From Thermoproteus tenax Kra 1 (GTDB taxonomy: Archaea; Thermoproteota; Thermoprotei; Thermoproteales; Thermoproteaceae), in assembly GCF_000253055.1 (NCBI RefSeq), contig NC_016070.1:570001-602000 (forward strand): a DNA stretch of 32,000 bases, written 5' to 3'. Below the pieces are notes generated by a model. It was not told the DNA's origin, ran no database searches, and saw only the letters and a list, made by a program, of their open reading frames with translations. Each line of letters begins with the position of its first letter. Position 1 is the stretch's first letter. Shown one piece after another: positions 17,967 through 27,076 of the stretch. Position numbers and translations under genes: made by a program.

Positions 17967-18747
17967 TTATGTCCTCTTGCCGTCGCTGGAGAGATCTGCG
18001 TGTATTATCTCGGCCACCTTCCTCCCAGACATCAACATGCCTCCGAATATCGGGCCCATTCTGGGAAGCCCGTGAACGGCGCACACAGCCATGCCCGCTG
18101 CATATAAGCCCGGCGCCACCTTGCCCGTATACTCAACCACCAACTTTTCCGAGACCTCCGACCACGCCGACTTCTCCCCCTTAAGCTCTATTCCCAACTC
18201 GGGGACTTTCCTCGCCGCAACTGATATCACCTCTGCGTCGTGGCCTGTGGCGTCTACTACGGCTCTGGCTTGAGTGTATAGGGGATCCACGTGCATGCCG
18301 GAGGCCTGTATGGGGGTCCAGTACCACAGAAGGCCGGGGGACTCTCGGAGGATCTCCTCTGAATATGACGTCGTCCACATGGACTCCCAAGATTATCTTC
18401 GCCCCAGCGTCTATGGCCCCGGCCGCCAGCTTGGCTATCATCTCTGCAGGGTCTATGGCGAAGAGCCCATCGCCGACATCCCTAAACCTTATGCCGAAGT
18501 CTTTTATTATGGGCAAGGCCTCTGCTTGCACGATGATCTTGGGGAACATATTGCCGCCGGGGCCGATACCTCCTCCGAAGGAGAAGCGCCGCTCGTATAC
18601 AACGACTTTATAGCCCCTCTCTGCCAAATACTTTGCCGCCGTGAGGCCGGACGGACCAGCCCCCACTATGGCTACATCTACATCGCTGTACTCCTCGAGG
18701 ATCTCGGCGCCATATCTTATTATCGCTCTGCCTATCTTGAGCTCCAT
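17967..18747 (-). pseudogene. thi4: THI4-family thiazole synthase, split by an apparent frameshift
   Basis: ORF 18747-18181 encodes DVAIVGAGPSGLTAAKYLAERGYKVVVYERR...[17 protein letters not shown] 18380-17967 continues in another frame with [35 protein letters not shown]...[17 protein letters not shown]. Dropping one C of the CCCCC run (plus-strand G-run about 18336-18340) restores one continuous THI4. Confidence 0.9.
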
Positions 18748-18868
18748 AGGCCTTTCCCAACTTCCATTTTTAACTTTTTGGATATCGATAATCAGTTTAT
18801 CTCTATAGCCGAGGAGTACAAGACTTAGACCCGAGTAATCTTTATTTGACTAATGCTACACTCACACT

Positions 18869-19771
18869 ATGGAGATAAGGAAACTGATTAGAATAGGTGA
18901 AAGATCTTATGGCATCACAATACCGAGGGAGTGGGTTGAGCTTAACCAGTTAAAGGTCGGCTCTCCTCTCAAGATTTTGGCTGAGCCGAACAAGATACTG
19001 ATCCTCCCCGCCACGGCCGAGAGGACGTCGGTCAGCGCCGTTATAAAAGAGGCGGATATAGAGAAGGCGTTGAGGGACATAATCGCATACTATATAGAGG
19101 GCGCCGACGAGATAGAAATAGAGTCGGACCAGATCTCGGCGCTCGTGGGGAAAATCGAGGGGAAGCTCCCGGGCGTGGTCGCGTTAGAATCCGGCGGGAA
19201 GCTCAAGCTCAGGATCGTGACTAAAGAGGACGTGAACATAGACGAGGTAGTCAGAAGCATGTACACGACTGTTATGGCCATGTTCCAACTGTTCTTGGAT
19301 TATCTGAGGAGGGGGGACGAGGAGGATGCCCGGGAGCTTCTCAGAATGGACGACCAACTCGATAGACTCTACTTCCTCTCGCTCAGAGTGATCAAGAAGA
19401 ACATATACCAGAACCCTCAAGGCTATGTAGACTACGTCATAGTGGTAAAGAACTTAGAACACATGGGCGATGCCTTAGACAGATCCACCAACTATCTGAG
19501 ACAAAATGATGTGCCCTGCAAGAGGGAAATTACGGAGATCTTTGAGATGTTGCAGAAATACGCCGAAGGCGCAGCCAAGTCCTTCCTGGAGAACCGCTAC
19601 GAGGACGCACTAAAGACTATACTAGAAAGAGAAGGTATGTTCAAGAGGGCGCTCGCGCTCTCGCAGTGCGAAAGAAGTGCGCCGATAATGCACGAGGGCA
19701 TGTTGATAACTGCGTTGGCCGCCGATATAGCAGAGGCCGCCTACTCCAAACATATACGACAGAGGAGCTAG
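18869..19771 (+). CDS. PhoU-like phosphate uptake regulator with N-terminal AbrB/SpoVT-like domain
   Basis: MEIRKLIRIGERSYGITIPREWVELNQLKVGSPLKI plus PhoU-like helical repeats. Confidence 0.85.
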   Translation: MEIRKLIRIGERSYGITIPREWVELNQLKVGSPLKILAEPNKILILPATAERTSVSAVIKEADIEKALRDIIAYYIEGADEIEIESDQISALVGKIEGKLPGVVALESGGKLKLRIVTKEDVNIDEVVRSMYTTVMAMFQLFLDYLRRGDEEDARELLRMDDQLDRLYFLSLRVIKKNIYQNPQGYVDYVIVVKNLEHMGDALDRSTNYLRQNDVPCKREITEIFEMLQKYAEGAAKSFLENRYEDALKTILEREGMFKRALALSQCERSAPIMHEGMLITALAADIAEAAYSKHIRQRS

Positions 19772-19824
19772 CCGCCTCAGAGAGGCTGACCAAGGCCCTA
19801 GAACGTTTAATTAGGCCCATAGGC

Positions 19825-20541
19825 ATGCCCATGGACCGAGTAGTTTTCTCGCCTCCCTTCACGGGGCTTGTGGGCATTCTATATGCCCTATTGGCGCTGT
19901 TGCTACTTCCGTCATATCTGGCGGGCCTCGCCGAGGTTCTGAGAAACGTGGGCCTCAACATAGCGGCTGCAATCATCGTGGCCGCCGCGTCAGTGTTGCT
20001 GAGCCTGCTGCTGAGCCCCTTCCACCTGGTGGTCTACACCAGCAGGAGGAGGGTGTACTACCCAAGCGTGGATATAATCTACGTCTTCGGGCTCCCTATA
20101 CCAGTGCCCAAGATGGCATACACTGAACAAGTGGCGCGGCTCGCTGTGAATTTGGGCGGTGCTGTGATACCTGTCGCGCTCTCTACGTTTATTTTATTTA
20201 AACTGCCGACTCTGTTCGCCGCGGGCGCTCTGGTCTCCTCACTGGCGGTGTCCCTCATCGTATATCGGATGAGCCGCGTGGTGCCGGGACTCGGAGTAGT
20301 GACGCCCGGCTTCCTCCCGCCGTTGCTCGCGTTGGTCTTCTCGCTGTGGGCGGGCCGCCTTACGCCGGCTGTTGCGTACATAGTGGGCGTCTACGGCACT
20401 CTGCTCGGCGCTGATGTCTACAACCTAAAGAAGATTCTTGCCCAGATGCCCCCGTTGGCCTCTATCGGCGGGGCCGGCGTTTGGGACGGCATATATCTGA
20501 CCGGCATAGTCGCGGCTACTCTCGGTCTGCTATTAAGATAG
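19825..20541 (+). CDS. polytopic membrane protein (DUF1614-like)
   Basis: Multiple TM segments. ORF is open from 19666, but the N-terminal part overlaps the PhoU-like gene out of frame; likely start near MPMDRVVF. Confidence 0.65.
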   Translation: MPMDRVVFSPPFTGLVGILYALLALLLLPSYLAGLAEVLRNVGLNIAAAIIVAAASVLLSLLLSPFHLVVYTSRRRVYYPSVDIIYVFGLPIPVPKMAYTEQVARLAVNLGGAVIPVALSTFILFKLPTLFAAGALVSSLAVSLIVYRMSRVVPGLGVVTPGFLPPLLALVFSLWAGRLTPAVAYIVGVYGTLLGADVYNLKKILAQMPPLASIGGAGVWDGIYLTGIVAATLGLLLR

Positions 20542-20759
20542 AAATACGGGCGGTCTATACCTAATAGGGGGGTTCGCCGGGGTATCAACCGCCCGTTGTA
20601 GGATTTAGTCTAGGGCTATATATGGTTTTTTATTAGTATTAGCAAATCTAAATCTTCTGATATAAAATATATAGTATCTTTATAAAACTAGCAAAGAGCG
20701 CGACGGAAAGAATTGAACATAAACATCAAAGTGATAATACTAATTGTAAATCCGTTTTT

Positions 20760-21215
20760 CTATATTATCGGTCCGACGTCAGGTCTACCCTGCCTCAAGC
20801 CGCGGCCCGCCGCCTCGGTTAAATCGCCGCGGAGGAGCGCCACTAAGTTGCGCGCGTGCTTCCTCGCTCTGTCTATCGCTATTAATTTCAGTTCTCCCTC
20901 GTCAGTTGCCTCGTCCTCGTGCACTGTCGCATCCAGGATGAGCACGTCGTATTGTATCTGAAGCTCGATAAGGCCCAACGACATAGCCAGATAGCTCAGC
21001 TTGTCAGTTAGAGAGGGCCCGACCCAACCTACGACCAAGATGGCCGTACAGCCCTCCTTCATGAGCTTTTTCGCGCCCCAGATAGTGTTCTTTATTCCCG
21101 GCACTGTGATTCTCTTGACGACCACATCAGGGGCGAGGCTCCTCAGCTCGTCTATGGCCTCGGAGCCCATGTCCACCCGGGCGAACGTGGTGTCGACTAC
21201 GCCTATACAGTCCAT
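20760..21215 (-). CDS. ribC: archaeal-type riboflavin synthase
   Basis: IGVVDTTFARVDMG, KRITVPGIKN, EEGC-like MKEGCTAILVVG, VHEDEA, AGRGLRQGRPDVGP. Confidence 0.93.
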   Translation of the reverse strand: MDCIGVVDTTFARVDMGSEAIDELRSLAPDVVVKRITVPGIKNTIWGAKKLMKEGCTAILVVGWVGPSLTDKLSYLAMSLGLIELQIQYDVLILDATVHEDEATDEGELKLIAIDRARKHARNLVALLRGDLTEAAGRGLRQGRPDVGPII

Positions 21216-21258
21216 AAACCTGAGCGAAAACTAAATATATATCTAATGGGGTCTCGGC

Positions 21259-21627
21259 GTGAGGCGTTTTGGCGTCTCCCTCCCCGATGACCTCGCGCGG
21301 GCGGTGGACAGCATAGCGGAGGAACTAGGCGTGACTCGCAGCGCCGTCGTTGCTCAAGCCGTGGCAAGCTTTGTACAGGAGTACAGAGGCCATCTGAAGA
21401 GCGGGCATATCTGCCTTGGCGCCGTTCTCTCGCTTACCGAGGGCATGGAGGCCGTAGGCGAAATAATGGAGAAGTATAGAGACCTGATAGCTAATTATTC
21501 ACATATCCACTTGGGAGAGAAGTGTATATCGGTTTTCGTAGTCCAGGGAGATGGACAGAAGATAGGGGAGTTTCTGATGGGCCTTTCGGAGAAGGCCGCG
21601 AAAACTTTCTTTACGCCTATAGAGTGA
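21259..21627 (+). CDS. nikR: nickel-responsive regulator (CopG/NikR family)
   Basis: GTG start; RRFGVSLPDDLARAVDSIAEELGVTRSAVVAQAV; metal-site pattern SHIHLGEKCISVFVVQGD. Confidence 0.9.
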   Translation: MRRFGVSLPDDLARAVDSIAEELGVTRSAVVAQAVASFVQEYRGHLKSGHICLGAVLSLTEGMEAVGEIMEKYRDLIANYSHIHLGEKCISVFVVQGDGQKIGEFLMGLSEKAAKTFFTPIE

Positions 21628-21652
21628 AATTAATACCCGAAGCGGTGTAGAC

Positions 21653-22570
21653 ATGGAAGAGTGGATAAAGATATTAGGCGATTTGGTCAGAGAGAATCTG
21701 TTTCGTAAGAGCTTTCCGCTTCCGGCGGACTCCTCTATATGCACGAAGTGGGCGGAGGGGTTGAGGAGGGGCGGCAGACGCGTTCTGTACACCTCGTGTA
21801 TGTACCAACTGGCTCCATTGATAGCGAGGGCCGTGGAACTTCTCGAGAGGTCGGGCGCCAGCGCGGGCGGTCTGAGGGCCAAGCTTACAGGCCTTGGCGC
21901 CAGACTCCTCGGGGGACTCGCGTTGAGGCCCTCTGAGGAGGACCTCGAGTGGGCACAGAGAGTTCTGAAGAATATAGCCGGCATGTTGGCCAAAGCCGGC
22001 GTAGAGTTCGGCGTATTAGACGATGAGCCCTATTCAGGCGCGTTGTTATACGAGCTGGGGTTCGAGGATGACTTTGCAGAGTATGCAAAGAGGGTCTATA
22101 AATACTTCAAGGATAAGGGCGTTGAGGAGGTGATAACGGTTGATCCCCACACGCACTACACTCTGGAGAAGGTTTATCCGAAATACGTTGATGGTTTCGA
22201 CATAAGGGTGACCAACTACATGGACTATATAAGGCCGGCCAGGGCCTCTGTAGATAAAGTTGTGATCCACGATTCCTGCCTTTATGCAAGGTATCTCGAT
22301 AGATACGATGTCTATAGAAGGCTATTGGACTCTGTCAAAGTCCAACACGTGGAGGATCCCTACGTCACCGGGAGGGCCTACTCGGGCTGTTGTGGAGGGC
22401 CCGTCGAATCGGTGAGACCCGACGTGGCCAAGTCGGTGGCTAAGTTGAGAGTAGGCCAATTGGCCAAGCTGTCCAATATAGTGATAACGGTGTGCCCCAT
22501 CTGTTACGTCAACTTGAGCAGAGCCGGCGGAGGCGTGAAGATATACGACTTAGCTGAGGTCTTGTCGTGA
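21653..22570 (+). CDS. CCG-domain Fe-S oxidoreductase (HdrB/GlcF-like)
   Basis: YTSCMYQLAP, HDSCLYARYLD, YSGCCGGPVES, VITVCPICYVNLS. Confidence 0.85.
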   Translation: MEEWIKILGDLVRENLFRKSFPLPADSSICTKWAEGLRRGGRRVLYTSCMYQLAPLIARAVELLERSGASAGGLRAKLTGLGARLLGGLALRPSEEDLEWAQRVLKNIAGMLAKAGVEFGVLDDEPYSGALLYELGFEDDFAEYAKRVYKYFKDKGVEEVITVDPHTHYTLEKVYPKYVDGFDIRVTNYMDYIRPARASVDKVVIHDSCLYARYLDRYDVYRRLLDSVKVQHVEDPYVTGRAYSGCCGGPVESVRPDVAKSVAKLRVGQLAKLSNIVITVCPICYVNLSRAGGGVKIYDLAEVLS

Positions 22571-22836
22571 TATCGGAGATCGATAAGTGCGCCAGGTGCG
22601 GCTTCTGTGAGGCAGTGTGCCCGACGTACAACGCGTTGAGGATGAGACATCTGGGACCGAGGGGGCGTCTCCACATGGCCCGGCTGGCTCTCGCCGATGG
22701 CAGAGCGTCGAAATACGTTGTAGAGAGCATTGAGACGTGTCTGCGATGCCGAGCATGCGAGCTCGTCTGCCCCGTCTCGATAAAGATAGTTGACGTCATA
22801 ACCGCGGCGCGCAGAAGGCTCCGTGAAGCTACCTAG
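22567..22836 (+). CDS. 2x[4Fe-4S] ferredoxin-like subunit (HdrC-like)
   Basis: CARCGFCEAVCP and CLRCRACELVCP; 4-nt overlap with the CCG-domain gene. Confidence 0.85.
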   Translation: MISEIDKCARCGFCEAVCPTYNALRMRHLGPRGRLHMARLALADGRASKYVVESIETCLRCRACELVCPVSIKIVDVITAARRRLREAT

Positions 22837-23200
22837 GTCGTTTCTAGACGAGGTCGAAAGGCGGTGTTCTCCCCGCGAGGAGTGCGTCGCGTTGTTGTTC
22901 GGCATAGGCGGCGAGGTCTCCTCGTGGGTTTGGCTCAAAAACGTCGCACGGAGCGCCATTGAGTTCAAAGTGGATCCCGAGGAGTTCTATTCAGCGTTGG
23001 CCGAGGCTGAGGCGCGCGGCGCAGAGCTTCTAGCTATTTTCCACACACACCCTGGCCCGCCCGTCCCCAGCGATCTAGATCTTAAATATATGAGACTGTG
23101 GAGGGTGGTCTGGATCATTGCAAACGTGTACACTCTGGAGCTCGCGGGCTGGATGGCCACGCCGTGGGGAATAAAGCCTATTAACGTAGAGAGAATATAG
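22823..23200 (+). CDS. JAMM/MPN-domain metalloprotease
   Basis: Acidic residue in REECVALLFG and IFHTHPGPPVPSDLDLKYM (HxHP...S..D). Confidence 0.8.
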   Translation: MKLPRSFLDEVERRCSPREECVALLFGIGGEVSSWVWLKNVARSAIEFKVDPEEFYSALAEAEARGAELLAIFHTHPGPPVPSDLDLKYMRLWRVVWIIANVYTLELAGWMATPWGIKPINVERI

Positions 23201-23204
23201 CACT

Positions 23205-24185
23205 ATGCTCATCTTGACGACCCCCACGAACATAAGATACTTCTCAGGGGTAGAGCTCAACTCTTACGAGAGATTCGCGGCGTTAATTGTGTGCGGAGGG
23301 AGGAGGATATTCGTCGCGCCGCAGCTTGAGCGCGGACGCGTGCCGGAGCCTGCCTTCTTCTACGCTGACGGCGAAGATCCGGCGGTCGCCCTCAGAAGGG
23401 CTGTGGACCTCTGTGGGGAGGACGAAATTCTTGAAATAGATGGAGGCACTCAGCTTAGGCATTGGGAGGTCGTCCGGAGGGCTCTGGGCGAGGTTCCCTA
23501 CAAACTCGCCGACGAGACTGTAGCGCAGATGAGGGCCGCCAAGAGTGAGGAGGAGATCGGGAAAATAAAGAGGGCTGTTGAGATCATTAAGGAGGTGATG
23601 GAGGGACTTAAGGCCGAGCTGTCGCCTGGAGTCACCGAGAGGAGGATCGCCGCAATGGCCTATGCGATGTTGATGGAGAGGGGGGCTGAGCCGGGCCCCA
23701 TCTTGGTTCAATTCGGCGAGAACACGGCGCTTCCCCATCAGGGCCCCACAGACAGAAGGTTGAAAGAGGGCGATGTAGTCATATTTGATTTTACTGCCGC
23801 CTACGATGGATACTACGGCGACATTACAAGGACGTTGACGTTCAGAGGCGCGCCGCCTCAGTTCGACGCAATATATAACGCCGTAGCAGAGGCCCAACGG
23901 ACGGCCATCTCAGCCTCTCGGGCAGGCGTCAGAGCCGGCGACGTGGACGAGGCGGCTAGAGCCGTCTTACGCCGCTATATGCTAGACCGGTTCTTTGTAC
24001 ATAGGACCGGCCACGGGCTGGGCCTGGACTTCCACGAGCTGCCCAACGTGGCGCCTGGAGAAAACTATCAGTTGAGGGAGGGCAACGTGTTCACTGTCGA
24101 GCCCGGCGTATATCTGCCGGGCCATTTCGGCGTAAGGATAGAGGACGACGTAGCTATAGTGGGCGGAGCCGCCAGAGTGCTCTAA
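23205..24185 (+). CDS. pepQ: Xaa-Pro peptidase, M24 family
   Basis: DVVIFDFTAAYDGYYGDITRT, HRTGHGLGLDFHELP, GNVFTVEPGVYLPG, GVRIEDDV. Confidence 0.93.
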   Translation: MLILTTPTNIRYFSGVELNSYERFAALIVCGGRRIFVAPQLERGRVPEPAFFYADGEDPAVALRRAVDLCGEDEILEIDGGTQLRHWEVVRRALGEVPYKLADETVAQMRAAKSEEEIGKIKRAVEIIKEVMEGLKAELSPGVTERRIAAMAYAMLMERGAEPGPILVQFGENTALPHQGPTDRRLKEGDVVIFDFTAAYDGYYGDITRTLTFRGAPPQFDAIYNAVAEAQRTAISASRAGVRAGDVDEAARAVLRRYMLDRFFVHRTGHGLGLDFHELPNVAPGENYQLREGNVFTVEPGVYLPGHFGVRIEDDVAIVGGAARVL

Positions 24186-24721
24186 CACTCGCCTTTGAGC
24201 CCCTTAGGCGGAGTGACGCCCCGCTGTCCTTGGTATGAGCCGGAGTAGAGGGCCTTCCCTTGCGCCTTCACGAGCACTAGGTGCAAGAAGCGGAGGCCGG
24301 GCTTTAGGACTATGGTGTTCGGCGACTCGTTTACCACCTCAATTGTTATATTGCCCTCGAAGCCCGCGTCCACTACAGTGGGCGGTATGACTAGGCCGTA
24401 TCTGGCCAACGTAGACCTCAAGTTGGCGAGGCCTACTACGTCGTCCGGCATTCTGACGTACTCCTCAGTGGTGAGCAATACAAAGTTTCTAGGCGGTATG
24501 GCTATCTCCTCGGCCTCCCTTACTATTCTGAAGTGCCTCCTGGCCTCCCCCTCCGCCAGCTCGCACGGCCTTATCGCAGCTCCCTCGTAGGCGTATATGG
24601 CGTACTCCCTCCCTATCCTCAAGTCTAGGCCGTTCTCCCTCACTGTGTCCTCTCTGAGGGGCTCCACTCTTAGTCTTCCGAGTGAGATCAGACTCTTTAT
24701 CTCATTGCCGGCTAGTATCAT
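24182..24721 (-). CDS. dcd: dCTP deaminase
   Basis: ENGLDLRIGR, RSTLARYGLVIPPTVVDAGFEGNITIEV, QGQRGVTPPKG-type C-terminus. Confidence 0.93.
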   Translation of the reverse strand: MILAGNEIKSLISLGRLRVEPLREDTVRENGLDLRIGREYAIYAYEGAAIRPCELAEGEARRHFRIVREAEEIAIPPRNFVLLTTEEYVRMPDDVVGLANLRSTLARYGLVIPPTVVDAGFEGNITIEVVNESPNTIVLKPGLRFLHLVLVKAQGKALYSGSYQGQRGVTPPKGLKGEC

Positions 24722-24788
24722 AGAAGTAAACGTGCCGAGTATTTTAGAGGTGGCGGATGGAGATAAATATATACTCTAGATATTAGCT

Positions 24789-25349
24789 GTGTTCATCGAC
24801 CAATTCACCTCGTGGATTCTGAGCGTGAAGTGGTCCATACTATTCTCCTGGATAATTATGATACTGATAGCAGCTGCTATAGCTCTCGCGGCCTCTGGAC
24901 GGCCCAGGAGGCCTCTGCGCCGGTGGTTCGGCGACTATTTCGTGAGGTGGGGGCTCTCGGGCCTTTTCCTGTGGTTCATTGTGTTCGCTCTGTGGGCCGT
25001 GAGGGAGCTGTTGGCCCAAAACTTCGTCTTCCTGATATGGCCGATTGAGGGCTTCATAGAGAACGCGACAATATGGGGAGTTATGCTCACGGGGTTCCTC
25101 ACGCTTGCGTTCTTCGGAGGCACTCTGTTCCTAGAGGCGATCTTCGACAAAGGCCTTGAGCTCCCGGCCGAGGGCGTCGTCTATTATAAACAAGAGGTCT
25201 TGTTGACGTCTCAGAGGGCGAAGGTCAGAGGTATGTACGTCCATCTGCCCGGCGAGCCTCCGGCAGAGGTCGAGGAGGAGGCTACAGCCAGAAAGGCCTT
25301 GGAGGTTCAGGCGGAAGATCGCAGGAGGGGTGGTAAAAGTAATTCTTGA
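24789..25349 (+). CDS. hypothetical membrane protein
   Basis: Three predicted hydrophobic segments then a charged C-terminus; 20-nt overlap with the next gene. Confidence 0.6.
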   Translation: MFIDQFTSWILSVKWSILFSWIIMILIAAAIALAASGRPRRPLRRWFGDYFVRWGLSGLFLWFIVFALWAVRELLAQNFVFLIWPIEGFIENATIWGVMLTGFLTLAFFGGTLFLEAIFDKGLELPAEGVVYYKQEVLLTSQRAKVRGMYVHLPGEPPAEVEEEATARKALEVQAEDRRRGGKSNS

Positions 25350-25599
25350 CGGAGTTCTCGTCTATTTGGCAGGAAAGAGGGAGCTACAGGTTGACGCCGG
25401 CTCAGTAAGAGAGTTAATCGAACGCCTTAAGGACAGGCCCAAGCTCTACGAAAGGATAACCAGAGGGCCCCGCGGAGAGTTGGCCCCCGATATATATATC
25501 GCTGTCAACGACGTAGATATAAGGTTGCTTTCAGGTCTGGATACCCCCCTGGGGCCTGAAGATGTAGTCTTAATAATAGCCTATATACATGGAGGGTAA
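25330..25599 (+). CDS. MoaD/ThiS/SAMP-like ubiquitin-fold protein
   Basis: 89 aa, beta-grasp pattern, C-terminus ending in Gly-Gly (LIIAYIHGG). Confidence 0.82.
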   Translation: MVKVILDGVLVYLAGKRELQVDAGSVRELIERLKDRPKLYERITRGPRGELAPDIYIAVNDVDIRLLSGLDTPLGPEDVVLIIAYIHGG

Positions 25600-26065
25600 G
25601 GTCTGTGCCAGATACGGCCCCGTCGTCTTGTCGTGGAACGGCAGAAGGGTGGAGTTAGTCGACCGTTGCGATAAACACGTGGACCTTCTCCAGTTCGTCG
25701 ACTTAATAGAGCTGCGCCCGTCAGACCCACTGATAGTCCTCCTGGGGATCAAGCGCGGTAGCGTCGTCTCCTATAAAACCCTTGGGGCAGCAATGGGCGT
25801 AAGCCCAAGGGCGGTTGGAGCGCTTCTGCGTAGAAATCATCTCCCCGTAGTTCTGCCCTGCCATAGAGTGGTCATGTCGGACGGATCTCTGGGCGGCTAC
25901 ATATATGGCGCCGAGGTCAAGAGGGCATTACTGCAGTACGAGGGCGTGGAGTTCTGCGGCGAGCGCGTATGTGGGCTCTCTGAGCTGCAGGAGATCAAGG
26001 ACGTGAGGGGGACCCTCCTGGAGAGCTTGGGAATCGGCAGGTGGCGACTTAAAAATAGGAAATAG
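25589..26065 (+). CDS. ogt: methylated-DNA-[protein]-cysteine S-methyltransferase-like protein
   Basis: VVSYKTLGAAMGVSPRAVGALLRRNHLPVVLPCHRVVMSDGSLGGY (PCHRV active site). Confidence 0.92.
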   Translation: MEGKVCARYGPVVLSWNGRRVELVDRCDKHVDLLQFVDLIELRPSDPLIVLLGIKRGSVVSYKTLGAAMGVSPRAVGALLRRNHLPVVLPCHRVVMSDGSLGGYIYGAEVKRALLQYEGVEFCGERVCGLSELQEIKDVRGTLLESLGIGRWRLKNRK

Positions 26066-26068
26066 GGG

Positions 26069-26308
26069 TTGGCCATGGTCGTCAGAGTGAAAATAGACCG
26101 CCAGAAGTGCGTAGTGGCGCACTTCTGCCTCTTTTATGCTCCCGTAGTGTTCATGCCCTCATTGCCCGAGGGAAAGCCAGCGATAGCGGAGCAGTACCGG
26201 CTCAACAACAAAGTCGACGAGGGCGTAGTCCCCGACTCGCTATACGAGGTAGTCAAAGAGGCTGAAAAGAACTGTCCCTCCGGCGCAATAAAGGTCTATA
26301 GAGAATGA
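26069..26308 (+). CDS. small [3Fe-4S]/[4Fe-4S]-type ferredoxin
   Basis: DRQKCVVAHFCLFYAPVVF...AEKNCPSGAIKV matches the Cx5C...CP pattern of single-cluster ferredoxins. Confidence 0.7.
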   Translation: MAMVVRVKIDRQKCVVAHFCLFYAPVVFMPSLPEGKPAIAEQYRLNNKVDEGVVPDSLYEVVKEAEKNCPSGAIKVYRE

Positions 26309-26922
26309 AGGCCGTTGTTTTCGACGTCGATGGAGTGCTGACTCCGTTCAGATCGGCGTGGAAAAGACTCCACGACATCTTAGGCGTGGACGCAAACCTC
26401 AATAGGCTCCTCTTTGAGCGCGGCTACATAGACTACGTCCAGTGGGCGGTGGCCGACGTAGCGCTGTGGAGGAACGTCCCGCGATACATCGTCGAGGCTG
26501 CGTTTAAGCCTAGGGAGGGCTTCGACTTCATGTGCAGCAAGTTAAAAGAGGCGGGAGTTCTCATGATAGCGCTCTCGGCCGGAGTGAGCTACACTAGACG
26601 GCTCTCCTTCTGTTTCGACGAATTTCTTGTGAATGATGTGATATACAATGGGGAGTCTGTGTCGGACATCAATGTGTTTGTCACCAACAGCAACAAGGCC
26701 CAACTTGCGTCGGAGATACTGTCAAAACATGGAGTCCCGTTGGACGAAACAGTCGCGGTGGGTGACAGCGAAACGGATATACCTCTATTGGAGGAGGCCG
26801 GATTCTCCATTGCCTTCAATCCCACCAGCAGGCGCGTTGAAGAAGCCGCCGATGTTGTAATAAGGTCTAACAAGCTTTATCTTCTTACCAAATACCTATT
26901 GGCTATACTCAAAAGCAGATAG
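26305..26922 (+). CDS. HAD-IB phosphatase (phosphoserine phosphatase-like)
   Basis: VVFDVDGVLTPF, ALSAGVSY, NKAQLASEIL, VAVGDSETDIPLLEEAG. Confidence 0.85.
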   Translation: MKAVVFDVDGVLTPFRSAWKRLHDILGVDANLNRLLFERGYIDYVQWAVADVALWRNVPRYIVEAAFKPREGFDFMCSKLKEAGVLMIALSAGVSYTRRLSFCFDEFLVNDVIYNGESVSDINVFVTNSNKAQLASEILSKHGVPLDETVAVGDSETDIPLLEEAGFSIAFNPTSRRVEEAADVVIRSNKLYLLTKYLLAILKSR

Positions 26923-27076
26923 ATCAATTAATTCTTAATTATCTATTATTATAAATAACTTTAAATATTATCTGAAATAAATTTTATTTACTTTAATAAT
27001 ATCATTTGTATTAATAGATTCTTATTTTAAAAAACTTAAACAATAATCTTTTTATTTTATGCTATAATTAGATTAT

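Noticed and set aside
18274-18828. 184-aa ORF on plus strand opposite thi4
   Set aside because: Antisense shadow ORF; the minus strand carries a recognisable THI4.
20546-20600. GGTTCG inside the hairpin considered as a tRNA T-arm (split or permuted tRNA)
   Set aside because: No TTCRANYC loop, anticodon arm or acceptor pairing could be assembled nearby.
22504-22968. Minus-strand ORFs opposite the ferredoxin and JAMM genes
   Set aside because: Plus-strand genes have diagnostic Fe-S and JAMM motifs; the reverse ORFs lack protein-like composition.
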